A DNA stretch of 64,000 nucleotides from assembly GCF_004010195.1 (NCBI RefSeq), contig NC_057728.1, forward strand, positions 45,100,286 through 45,164,285, in the 5' to 3' direction. Shown here in pieces: positions 51,781 through 64,000 of this stretch (positions within the stretch are counted from its first letter, which is position 1; each line of letters starts with the position of its first letter). The translations under genes were made by a program, and so were the position numbers. Under the pieces are notes generated by a model, which was not told where the DNA came from, ran no database searches, and saw only the letters and a list, made by a program, of their open reading frames with translations. This stretch comes from Chiloscyllium plagiosum. Taxonomy: Eukaryota.

Positions 51781-53519
51781 TGTAACACCTGTTCAATTTA
51801 CAGCAATACCTGTAAATTAAAATTTCTGTGTAAGGTGTGGAGAGATATCAGCCAGCCATTGTTTTATAGGGCTGGGGAAGAGACATTTATTTTGGGTCAG
51901 TAAGATGGACCCAATTAAACCTCATTCACTGCCACAATTCTACCCATTTCAAGAGGGCTCATGTGTTTCTTTAGAACCAATTGACCTGAAATAAATTCAT
52001 CGCTTATCCAGGATAGATAGAGGTCTGGAGTTGAAATCTTATTTCCCAATGTAATGTATTAATTTTTCCTGTTTAATCCATTAGTTGGAATAATACATCT
52101 AAGATGCTTACAGAATGTGGTGTGTTACAAAAGAGCACTAGTCTAAACCAAAATTATCTGACCCCTCTTTTTACTAGTCACTAGATTATCATTTTTTTAA
52201 AAATAATTTAAATGAATGTAAATATTGCACTAATACTTGACTGAAGAGTTTTTGAAAAAAACCCAGAAGAATAATTCACCATTTGCGTCACAAGAACAGA
52301 TATTAGCCTTGCAGTGTTGTGCTTCATTATAGTTTACATCGTTATACTTGTACAAAGGTAAAAAAGAAATTACACAGAAAGATGTGTTCTGTTTATGAAA
52401 TGTTTTTATTGTAAAAAAAAAGGCAGCCATTATAATACAATTGAAGTTGAAGACTTTGAACTACAAATGCGTGTACTTTAGGGATGTTTGAAGAAGCTGT
52501 AAAATAGCTGAGCCAGCAAATAATACTCATAACTCAGTTGCATACAGAGAAAACAATACTCTCTGGATTTAGAAAAGAGCACATCAATCAACATCAAACA
52601 ATGAAACGTTGATAGGCAGCTTTTCCATATGAGTGCCTTGTAAAAACTCTACAACTCCAATCCTCCAAATAGTCCATTCTCACCAGAAGGTAAATAATTT
52701 CCCCACACTTCATGGCAGAATATGTCTAAAGGGCATTGGCAGAAACTGGTGACTATCCAAACGTGTGCCTTGGCTGGCTGAACTTTCAATGATAACATAA
52801 TCTTTATATAAATCAGTTAACTTGAGCTGTCTGGGTGCTGTCTGTGTTTAGCAATGTTAAACAATAGGCAAGAGCACCTTTCTCACTGACAGTGCAGAGG
52901 CACATTTTGTTCCTAATCTGTTCAGACAAATTTTAGCAATATTCTAAACTTGGGAGCTACTGAAAATAGCAGATAATTCTCACTTTGTTCAACATTAATC
53001 TCAAACCAAAGTATTAACAGCTTGTGCTGATAATGTAAAGCTTTCTCAGGCATCATGACATATGCTTTGATAAGCTCTGCTTATTAGGATTTGAGCAAAA
53101 TGTACTTTCTTTGTGTGGATTTTGAACAAAGCTTCAAGAGTAATGATATGTATGGTAGAGGACATTAGTAACTCATTCCAGGTTAGATAAGAGAGTATTT
53201 TGAGGGCTGCAGTTACATTAGTCTCGTAATTAATGCTTTTCTGTCATCTGGAGCTTATGCTGGGATTTTTCATTTTGGAGTCATTACTTTTGCAACATGT
53301 CAGGGCAAGTTTCTTGGGCAATTACATCTTTACAGCTCAATATGAATCCAAGTGATTTGTAGTATGGGTTAAATGACAAACCAATGGTGCAGATGAGCTG
53401 GAAATTCTTACTCCCATCAGGACTATCTGGGGTCAAAGATTCATGTGCCATATTTAAAGGCCACCTCGACACTCCTTCATTCACTGCAAGTCAGGAGCAT
53501 TACATGAGTCTGCCTTTGT

Positions 53520-54240
53520 CACCCTACTCCCCAGAGGCGTCTCAGTGCAGGTACAAGTTGACCCCAAGATTTAGTGAGGCCTCATTCAGCAAAGAAGGGA
53601 AGTGCTCACTCCAAGGCTTGTGTCTAAAAAAAATACTCCTCTAAGACACAGGCAGCTGGGAGTGAGGTTGCAGTGCAGGTCAGTGTCCTGCACAGACACA
53701 GCTGTATCCAGTGCAGGAAAAGGGTGAACACGCTGCAAGGTTAGGTGCCACTACCTTCTCACTGCCAATCCACCCTCACTGAGACATCAATCAGTCTGAC
53801 AGTGTACTGCCAGCTATGTGCTTGGATTGGCACTCCATCCCTCCAGCCATGGGGTACGCTGCACTGGACCTAATATTAGAATCTCATTATCAGGGTTCCC
53901 ACTGTATCGTCCCTGTGGTGGATTGTGCAGTGTTGAATTTTTCCATGGTATCAATCTGTAGATTTCTTGTCATCACCAAACCATCCCTTAACATGCCAAG
54001 GGGAATTAAAATGTGGCTCCTGTGAAAGTTTGAGAATATTGGAGTTGTGTCTACCCTCGAGATAACATTGCAGACTTGCATTATCTGACTTGCATGGTGA
54101 CAGGTAGTCTGCATCTTCATGAATATTGTTGGTTGTTGATAGGGTGCTCTGATAGCGATATTGAAATCCTGTTTTGGCCCCAAAGCTGCCTGACTCCCGA
54201 CATCCAAAGGGAACTTATACTGCTATAAGGCCAAAGTAGC
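53520..54240. mobile_element. Decayed PIF/Harbinger transposon: Myb/SANT-like gene remnant (+) convergent with transposase remnant (-)
   Basis: Plus strand: KLTPRFSEASF and EVAVQVS....CIQCRKRVN (Myb/SANT-like). Minus strand: IAIRAPYQQP, EKFNTAQSTT and VGTLIMRF (Harbinger DDE-like H.AIRAP, E.RYN..H..TR, IG.LKMRF). Confidence 0.6.
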
Positions 54241-54318
54241 AACTACTTACCACACAGTCATGAGTTATTGAGTTTATCAGTTAGACAGAGGTTAATTGGT
54301 AAAGTTAACTTAATTCCA

Positions 54319-54456
54319 GGAATGATTTGGAGATGCTGGTGTTGTACTGGTGTGTACAAAGTTAAAAATCACAGGTCACCTGATGAAGGAGCAGCGCTCC
54401 GAAAGCTAGTGCTTCCGAATAAATCTGTTGGACTATAACCAGGTGTTGTGTGATTT
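54319..54456. mobile_element. PLE family B mini-element with intact hammerhead
   Basis: TSD TTAACTTAATTCCA at 54305-54318 and 54457-54470; same tail as the 36420 element. Confidence 0.8.
54377..54411 (+). ncRNA. Minimal type I hammerhead ribozyme (PLE family B)
   Basis: CAC-CTGATGA-A-GGAGC(AGC)GCTCC-GAAA-GC-TA-GTG: 3-bp helix I, 5-bp helix II, palindromic AGCU helix III, CUA cleavage triplet. Confidence 0.8.
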
Positions 54457-57224
54457 TTAACTTAATTCCATGAAGTTAGACATGTAATGAGATGCTAATG
54501 CATGCTGTTAAGCTCCTTGACACCTGCTGGCAATTAAATCAACCTACCGTTTAATGTTAGAAACCTTAATCACTGAACATCATCACAATGGTGAGAAGCT
54601 GACTTTCTGTGAGAATTTTGTCTCATTTGATTAAGTTCACACATCTGTAGTTCTTATTGCAACTCTGGGCCTGGGAATTCCTGCCCACAGAAACAGTTTG
54701 CAAATCTGTTCTCAATTCAGTTGGAGTGTGGTTGATCTGATTCTTAACTTCATCTCTCCACTTTGGTTTCAGAAACCGTATGCCTTTGTCAAACAAAAAT
54801 CTATTCAGTTGGTGTACCTCAGTTGTATAAATATTACAGTTGGGTTCTGGCTGCTTCAGGCAGATTAGGACTGAACACCATTTTAGTGCAAACTGGTGAA
54901 CTACCTATTCCATGAGGCAAGGTCGAACTGGACTAAAGTTGTCACCTGTCAATGTGATCAGATACTGTACATTCCATTAACAGAAAGAATTCCAGACTTC
55001 CTTTAACCTGTGTGCGAAGAAATGCTTCCTGACATCACTCCTGATTAACCCAACTCGAAATTTAAGGTTATGTTCCCCCATTCAGAAATTCTTGCAAAAG
55101 GAAATTGTTCCTCTTTCTCTGTTCAACTGAGTTATCTGTTTAACCAACTAGAACTTTACTACAGGTTGCAAACTATCCTGGGAGAATTTACTCCTGTTGA
55201 TTTGTTCATGAGAATCTCATCTCGACATCTTGGACCTGGTTGGAAAATGGAACACATCAGTTTCAATTTCGAGAAGGACCTTGCTTGACCTCTCACCTGC
55301 TTTTCTACATTTCCCACCATAGACTACATTGTTCCGGAAAACTCTTGCTTTTCTTTCGTTTTTTGTTTCAACATCATTCGCTTTGGCGCAGGAAGACTAA
55401 CTTTTCTGTCATTCAATCTCTCCTGTATTTCACCATAGCACTGACCTTTCTTTGCCCCACCCACCTCTTGTTCAAATCCTTTTGCAATTCTAACTTTTCA
55501 TGTTTCTGATGAAAGGCCTGAAACATTAAATCTATTTCTCTCTCTGCACTGATTCTGATCAACCTGCCAATTTTTTATTTTTTCAGCATTCTCTGCTTTT
55601 ATTAGTCCACCTTTGCTGATAGTGCACTTTGAATGCTTTGCAATTATGTGATTTATTCCGTATATTGTCCAACCAGCTACAGAAACACCGTACAAGCTTT
55701 TAAAAATCAGCCTATGTGCCTAGGGTACAACACTTCCTCACTCATTCTCTCCTCATGTACTTGAATCAGACTCCTCCATTGAACTCAGTCACATCCCACT
55801 ACAACCAGTTTCATCAACTCAGTTAGTTAGACTCTGGAACAATCATTCTCACATTGAATTAAGTCTCCCCATTCTGCTCCTTCCAATTGGCACCCAGTTG
55901 AACGATGTGCACAATATGTGTTATTCATTGCTCCTCAGCAGTTGGAGACAATCTTCCAGTCATAATAAGCTGCTTTGCTCACATAGCCTTTCTCTTGATA
56001 TTCCATTCAGCTAAAAGGGCTGTAATTAATCCTGAGAAAACTAGTACCGAATTCAAAAAAAGCATCTATTAAGCAGTTTGAGAGTTACTGGACAATATTT
56101 GTAGGTCCAGACATAGTAAAAGCTTGCCCCTCACATAATTGTCTAAAACCATTAACTCCTTCTTAGGACTTACTAATCGTTATGTACCTTGAGAAAAAAA
56201 GAACTATTTCCCATAGACAGCATTATGATATCTTTAAACAAATAATTCAAATATTGGTGTAGGAAGGGAAACTTGATCAGAAAATATATTAAGGAAAGGG
56301 AAAAAGAGTCATTATTGAAAATTATGATAAAGATATTGATATATTTAGTTAAGTATTCAAGAATATAATTTTACTTGGTTTTAAAAGAATTTCACTTAAT
56401 TTTAACTTACAGCTTTATTTACACTCATTCCCAGAACTGTTGGTTCCTGTTTGTGAAACTATACCCTCTGTACAACATACAAACTGTTCTCTCTTCTTAT
56501 CTTAAAAATAAAACTGAAAATCAGTGTTCTAAATGGACTAAATATTATGGTATTTATACTGGCAAAGTACCAGTTTAATTATCTTTTCCATGGCAATTCA
56601 TTTGTCAATTACAATCAAAAAAATAACTTTAGACAACTGCTAACATTTCATTCTTATTGGTTAGGTAGCTTCCTTCAAGGTGAGGGAAATGATAAGAATT
56701 AATCTGTTTTTAAAAGGAATTGTGCAGGTGAGCTTTATGTATACACAGATTTATAAGTTTGATGAGATAGTTAAATGAGAATTGGTTTGGCAAGTGCTTA
56801 TGCTATTTCTCTGACTTGCTGTTGAACTTCATTGTTACCAAATATTAATCATCTACTATATTTGTTTCAATGAGCAGCAATCATGTTACAGTATCCGGAA
56901 CTAATCCTTTAAGTCACATGGTAAGATATATGTAAAGTGTTGGATTATGATACACAATTAGTATATCTCAAGGGAGATGCTGATGATATCATCACTGAAT
57001 ATTAACTTGTATCATGAGATATAAAGATCTCAGGAACCATCTTACTTGGAGTTACGCAAAGCATGGCACACGACTAGAAGCAAGCTCTTCTGCTGTAAGC
57101 AAAAATGATTGAAATCTAAATTCTTTCAAGCTACAAGAAATTTCTGACACTATCTGTTTCTAATTATCTGTTTGTATAATCATTGAATCACAATAATGGT
57201 GGGGTTTGGATGGTGTTGGAAAAC

Positions 57225-57878
57225 AGAGGGACCTGGGGTGCAGGTACATAATTCTTTAAAGTTTGCATCTCATATAGACAGGATGGTTAGAAAGGCATTT
57301 GGCACACTTGCCTTCATTGCTTATTCCTTTGAGTATAGGAGTTGGCATACGGTGTCCAATTCCGGTCACCCAGTTAAAGGAAGGATATTTTTAAGCTGGA
57401 GAGGGTTCAGAAGAGATTTACCAGGATGTGGCCAGATATGGAAGGTTTGATTATAAGGAAAGGCTGGATATGCTGGTACTTTTTTCAGTGGAGAGTAGGA
57501 GGTTGAGAGGTGACCTGATACAAATTTATAAAATAATGAGAGGTATAGATAAGAGTTGATGGTAGTTGTCTTTTCCCTAAGGTGTGGAATTTCAGGACTG
57601 GGGGTGGGGGGTGGCATTTTTAAGGTGAGAATAGAGCGATTTAAAAAAGATTAAGAGGCAAATTTTCCACACAGAGAATAGTTCATGCGTGGAATGAACT
57701 TCCTGAGGAAGTGGTGGATGCGGATACTTTTAAAAGACATTTAGATGGATAAATGAAAAGGACATGGGTCAGGAACAGGCAGGCAGGACTAGTTTAGTTT
57801 GGGATTATGTTTGGCATGGACTGGTTGGACCATAAGATCTGTTTCCATGCTGTATGACACTGTGATTCTATGACTATG
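57225..57878 (+). mobile_element. CR1/HER1 3' fragment
   Basis: DRMVRKAFGTLAFI, RRLRGDL motifs; CTATGA-type tail. Confidence 0.85.
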
Positions 57879-58729
57879 TACATTAATATATTCATATATA
57901 TTTGTTTGGGATACTTTTTTTTGTCTTTGGAAAAGGGGTATGTTTTGATATTTCATTTAGGACACTCAAATGACATTAGTGAGTGCCCTTGAACTGTTTT
58001 TGGATTTGTAGCCTACCATGGCAGTCTGGTTCAGCTAGGTCTCTGAGAACTGCAAGAGCAGTGATGGAGTAGGTGGTGGAGCTATAGACATCCAGAGAGA
58101 GGGCAGCAGGTGCCTCAGCAATGAAACCCATGTCATTTGCCTGGAGTGAAATGATCAAGTCACATACACCTTCAGGAAGTCTGCCTTGTCCTCCAGCACC
58201 ACAGACAGTGTCACATTCTTACCCTTTAATAGAACAGAATTGAGGATTTAGCTTCTAGTGAGAAGTGAGGGCAAGGCGAGTTGAGTAGCTATTGGAAGCA
58301 ACTTTTCATCCAGAGTGCACTCAATTAGCTGGAAGTGAGTCGGTACAAAGAGGGATAGATGTGAAGAAACTCTACAGGATTACCCCTGCAGTGTTTGCAC
58401 TCACTTCAGCTGCAATGCTTCTAATTTATAAAGAACATTCTCTTTGAGAAACAGAGAAAGAATTTGTCAATGGACTTCCTTTGGCTGCCATCTGCTCTAT
58501 CAAGTTTTTCTGCAAGACAGAGGGTGTGTGTTTGCATTCACTCTATGAATTATTTTGAAAATGTGCCTGTGATGATCAGGTAGTAGGAATGTTGAGTGTC
58601 AGAGTTTAATTGTCAGAGTATATTCTGAATTATATAAGTCCAGGTGTGAACAACGTGCAACTAGATAATCCTGATGTGATAACTAAACTTTTTTCAGAAT
58701 TTCAGGCATGTCATGGGAGGTAATTCACC

Positions 58730-61700
58730 TAGATAGATTCATAGATTCACACAGCCCTTCAGCCCATCGAGCCTGCACTGACATAACTACCACTAAAAGC
58801 GTGCTAATCACAATTTCCTGCACATATCCCATGTCCTTAAATGTTAGAACTTTTTAAGTACTCATCCAAGTATTTTTAAAGGTTTTAAGGTTTCCAGCCT
58901 CATTACCTTTCCAGAATGCATTCCAGATTCCCACCACCTGCTGAGTGAAAAGATTTTTCCCAAATCCCCTTTCAATCTTTTACCTCTCACCCTAAAACTA
59001 TGTCCATTAGTGATTGACCCCTCAACCAAGGGGAACAGCTGCTCTCTATTCAGCCTGTCCATACCCCTCATAATCTTATATACCTCAATTATAACTCCTC
59101 TCAGTCTTCTCTGTTCGAAATAAACCAATCCAATCCTATCTAATCTCTCCTTATAGTTCAATTTCTCTATTTCAGGCAACATCCAGGTGAATCTCCTCTC
59201 TGCCTCCTCTAGGAAGGATGTTTTGAAACTTGAAAGGGTTCAGAAAAGATTTACAAGGATATTGCCAGGGCTGGAGAAATTGAGCTATAGGAAGAGGCTG
59301 AATAGGCTGGGGTTGTTTTCCCTGGAGTATCGGAGGCTGAGGGGTGACCTTATAGAGGTTTATAACATCATGAGGGGCATCAATAGGGTAAATAGAAGGC
59401 ATTTTCCCTGGGGTGGGATAGTCCAGAACTAGAAGGTATAGGCTTAGGGTGAGGGGGAAAAATTTAAAAGGGACCCAAGGGGCAACTTTTTCACACAGAG
59501 GGTGGTGTGTGTACGGAATAAGCTGCCAGAGCAAGTGGTGGAGGCTGTTTGTTGTGTCGACATAGTCTTACCAGACCATAGTGGCTACTCTCTTATTAGG
59601 GAGAAGCGACTGGTGGTGATTTAACCTGAGGGTCACCAGACCTCAGGTGAAGGAAGAGGTTGAGAAGAAGAGTCCTTCATGGTAACCTCAAACCAGTGAT
59701 GGGAATTGAACCCACGCTGTTTGCATCACACTACTCTGCAAACCAATGATCCAGAAGACTGGTACAATCACAACATTTAAAAGACATTTGGATGGGTAGA
59801 TAGATTATTAACAGTGTGGAAACAGGCCCTTCGGCCCAACTGAAGTCCACACCAACCTGCCACCCACCCAGACCCATTCCCCTATATTTACCCCTTCACC
59901 TAACACCACAGGCAACTTATACTGACCAATTCACCTAACCTACACATTTTTGGAGTGTGGGAGGAAACCGGAGCAAACCCGCACAGACACGGGGAGAATG
60001 TGCAAACTCCACACAGAGAGTCGCTTGAGGTGGGAATTGAACTCGGATCTCTGGCGCTGTGAGGCAGCAGTACTAACCACTGTGCTACCGTGCCACCCGT
60101 AATGAATAGAAAGGGTTCAGAGGAGTATGGGCCAAGTGCTGGCAAATGGGACTATAATAGTTTAGGATATCTGGTTGGCATGGACGAGTTGGGCTGAAGG
60201 GTCTGATTCATTCTATTCCTCTAATTACAAGATAATTAGAGGAATAGATAGAGTCAATAGCCAGAGACTTTTCCCCAGGGCAGGATTGACTGGTACGAGG
60301 GGTCATAGTTCTAAGATATTAGGAGATAGGTATAGAGGAGATGTCAGAGGTAGGTTCTTTACGCAGAGAGTTGTGAATTCATGGAATACATTGCCAGCGG
60401 TGGTGGTGGAAGCAGAGTCATTAGGGACATTTAAGCGACTGCTGGACATGCACATGGAGAGCAGTGAGTTGAGGGGTGCGTAAGTTAAGTTATTATATTT
60501 TACATTAGGATTAAACCTCGGCACAACATCATGGGCCTAAGGGCCTGTTCTGTGCTGTACTTTTCTATGTTCTATGTTTTATTCCATGCTGTACATCTCT
60601 ATGACTCTATGACTCTACTGCTATCACATCCTTCCTATGGGAAGGTAATCAGAACTGCACATAGTGCTCCAGCTGAGGTCTGACCAACGCTCTGTACAAC
60701 TCTAACGTTATCTCCTTGCTCTCACACTCTATACCGAATTCAGCGATCCGTGAATAATTTCCCCATGATCCTTCTGTCCATCTAAGCTACCCAGTGTTCT
60801 GCCGTTCACTAAATATTCCCTCATCTTGTTTCCCCTTCCAAAGTGCATCATTCTGAATTTATCGGGGTTAAATACCATCAACCACTGGTCTGCCCATCTG
60901 ACCAACCATCTTTATCTTCCTGTAACCTACACCATTTTCTTTGCTATTAACCACTCTACCAATCTTGGCGTTGTCTGCAAATGTATATGTAAATGTATAT
61001 AAAAAAGTAATAAGGGTCCCAATACTGATCCTTGAGATACACTGGGCACTGGTCTCCAGTCACTCAAACAGCCTCTTACAACGACTTTACTACCCAATTA
61101 CTAAGCCAATTTCTGATCCATTTCACCACATTTCCCTCAATTTAACCATCTCAATCGGTCTCCCAGGTGGGACCTTGTCAAAAACTTAAAATCCATATAA
61201 AGTACATCATCTGAACTTCCCTCATCCGCACACTTGTTCACATTCTCAAAGAATTGTAGCAAATTTGTTAGGCATGATCTCTCTCTGACAAAGCCATACT
61301 GACTATCCCTAATTCACCCCATGCCTTTACAAATGGGCATTAATTCACTCTTTCAGAATTTTCTCCAATAGCTTCCCTACCACTAACACAAGACTCACCA
61401 GTCTGTAATTTCCTTGGTCATCTGTACCACCCCTCTAAAAAGGTGGAATCACATTAGCCATCCTCCAGTTTTGTGGCACTTCCCCCGTGGCCAGAGAGGA
61501 ATTAAAAATTTCTGTCAGACCCTCTGCAATTTCCTGCCTCACTTCCAAAAGCAGCCTGGGATGCAATCCATCTGGACCAGGGAGTTGTCTGTTTGTAAGT
61601 CCAACAGAGCCTCCAATATCTCCCCATTTCCTCTGTCAAACTGTACACATTCCTTACACTCCCTTTTCCTGAATTCCATACCCACATTCTCCTTTTCCAA

Positions 61701-61830
61701 AGTGACGTTTGAAGAGAAGTATTCATTCAACACCATTCCAGTGGCTTGACACATAGGTTGCCCTCTTGGTCTCTAATGAGCCCTACTCTTTCCCTGGTTA
61801 ACCTCTTCCCTTTAATGTATTTACCTGTTC
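58730..61830. mobile_element. Nested stack: minus-strand CR1 (58730-59190 and 60620-61830) interrupted by a plus-strand CR1 (about 59195-60617) that itself carries two SINEs and another CR1 tail (about 60225-60578)
   Basis: Collinear CR1 3' segments on each side of each insertion; RRLRGDLIEVY motifs on both strands. Confidence 0.8.
59799..60098 (-). mobile_element. HE1-type V-SINE nested in CR1
   Basis: Reverse-complement similarity to HE1 copies. Confidence 0.88.
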
Positions 61831-63629
61831 AAGAAAGTTTTCTCAGTGTCTCTTTGGTGATGTTATCTGGATGTTTTGTGTCACACAAAGAGGTTTAGGC
61901 TCTCCGTAAGACCATAAGAAATAGGAACATGAGTAGTTATTTTCCCATCAGGCCTGTTTCATCAGTCAATAGGATCGTGGCTATTCTATTGTTTTCTACC
62001 AACTTTCTGGTTAATCAGGAACTGCAGAATTACATCAGAGGCTCTTGGTGTCAGTTTGGGGTTGTTGCAACAAGTCTGGCAGTCTCAGTGTTTCCTGATG
62101 CCTGCAGCCATTGTGCACCTCCCCTTTAAGAGTTCCAGCCAACTGGCAAGCCCTATTGTGGTGCCCAACCACCAAACTCCAAACAGGTGAATTATCTGCC
62201 AGCAGTGTGGGCAGCACTGCCTTCATTTGAGATAGTTTTTTTTAATTAAACAAAGGTATTAAGGGATATTGGCCAAAGACAGGAATAAGGCGACAGGCCA
62301 CTGAGCAGCCATGATCTAATTGAATGACAGAATGAGTTTGAGGGGCTGAATGGCCTATTCTTGTTCCTATGTTCAAGTTGCTTCATCAAAATGGAGTCTT
62401 AGCACCAAGTTCAAGTGGGTCCAGCATTTATGTGAATAGACAAAGCACTGTAAGCCTGCCCTTTGCACATTACCTTTTTGATAAAATTGTCTTTCTATGC
62501 CATTGTGTCAAGAAGAAATAAACCAGTAGCAATTTTTCAACTGCATAATATATTTTGTGAACTGTATTTCCTGCACTGGTTAGCACATTTGTACTAAATT
62601 GTGTGCTTTTTGGTACTGAAGTTAATTGACTATTAAACCAGCAGAGACAGGAATTTGAAGTAAATGTGATTGTCGGTGTTTTACAAATAGAAAGAAATTC
62701 AATTCTAAAAAGATTGCCCCAACTTTGAGCATGGTAAATTATTATTTAATGCTGACAGCATTGGAGAATACTTACCATCTCTTCAATGATCATTAATGGC
62801 TTTTGGTACCATAATTAAATCTGATATATTTACTCAAAGTACATACCTACCAATTTAAATAATAATGGCCTGCAATTAGTCATCAAAATTTCTAATGTGC
62901 AAATGTTACAGCAGCTTGAGATGAAGGAGCGATATATAGACCAACACAGAAATGTTTATATTGTTGCAAGTGTTATGCTGCGTCACTTTTAGCTTTGCAA
63001 AAATAGCCTTTCATTGTCTCTCCATCAAATTGTATTAAATAGCTTGGAATTACTATGATTGTGCTATACTTGCAAACTAAACTCACCACTGAAAGATAGG
63101 TCTTGTCAATTCCAGTTCAAGTATACGTTTAGGGACATAAATACCAAGTATGGTCAATCGCTCTCTCGAATACTGACAACTAATTACCTAAGTGCGAAGT
63201 TGTATTTATTCAGGTTTTAATTGTTGGAGACTTTTGAAAGGTCAAATTTAAATAACACATACAACAGTAGATGGCAACCTCCATTCTGGAATGCAATAAT
63301 CACTTAAAAGTTTAGTACCTTGGCATCTTCATAGTCACTGGCAAGATGTTTATTGCTTTATTCTGAAGTTACAGCTTAGATATATTCAGTGAGGATGTAT
63401 TTACTTAGTGCAGCAATCTCACGAATTGTTTCTTGCTGAGATTCAGGTGGGAGAATTGTTCCCTGGGCAAGATTACCTCCTATTAAGAGCCCTTCCCTCA
63501 CTCCCCTCGCTCATCAGCCAGTTGTCCTGCTCAGTGTGCTTTGTTTAATACTCATGTCATAATATATTCCACAGGAAGTGCCTACTGGAGTACCCACATC
63601 TTAGAACAACTGAGCTGAATTCAGCAGAA

Positions 63630-64000
63630 ACTTAGAAACTAGGAGCAGGAGTAGGTTATATGGCTCTCTGGCCTTCTGCTATTCTATTTGAAAGCAATAT
63701 GCCTGCTTTCTCTCCATACCTCTTGATGCTCTTAATATCAAAAAACTGTCTTTCTCTTTCTTGAACATACCTGACCTCCACAGCCTTCGTGGTTGCAACT
63801 TTCACGGGTTGACCACTTACCAAGTAAAGAAGCTTTTCATTATCTCTGTCCTAAATGGCTTAAGCTGGATCCTGAGACTATGACCTCTAATTCTAGACAC
63901 CTCAACCACAGGAAACATCCTCCTATATCTAGTCTGTCTAACCTTGTTAGAATGTTACATGCTTTAATCAGATCCCCTCTCAGCCTTCTAACCTTAAGTG
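63630..64000 (-). mobile_element. CR1 3' end, running off the window
   Basis: CR1 3' UTR and RGDLIK motif on the minus strand. Confidence 0.75.

Noticed and set aside
57976..58250. GC-richer segment as a possible exon
   Set aside because: No recognisable protein in the frames I read and no clear splice pair.

Overview
Vertebrate nuclear DNA, almost certainly from an elasmobranch (shark or ray), judged from HE1-type V-SINEs and their partner HER1/CR1 LINEs. The window is intronic or intergenic and mostly transposon-derived: CR1, RTE, RTE-X and Rex1/Babar LINE fragments, several SINE families, two Tigger/pogo-type MITEs, a decayed PIF/Harbinger, and at least 11 Penelope-like element (PLE) insertions. 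Many PLE insertions are fold-back mini-elements carrying minimal hammerhead ribozymes (HHRs) and flanked by 13-18 bp target-site duplications (TSDs). The only host-gene coding sequence I recognise is one intact 132-nt exon similar to TSPEAR (28565-28696, +), and I found no neighbouring TSPEAR exons. That exon lies inside a 2.6-kb unit (26315-28923) flanked by an 18-bp TSD, with the same two termini as a simple PLE insertion at 6.6 kb. Its cargo is bracketed by two identical 182-bp direct repeats that each carry a hammerhead, so it is a candidate PLE-mediated, retrozyme-like exon-capture cassette. Also present are a 340-bp templated inverted copy of local DNA at a CR1 junction, a ~140-bp inverted-repeat pair, and an assembly gap (43160-43507). 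Repeat family names are from recognition, not database search, and boundaries of old repeats are approximate.
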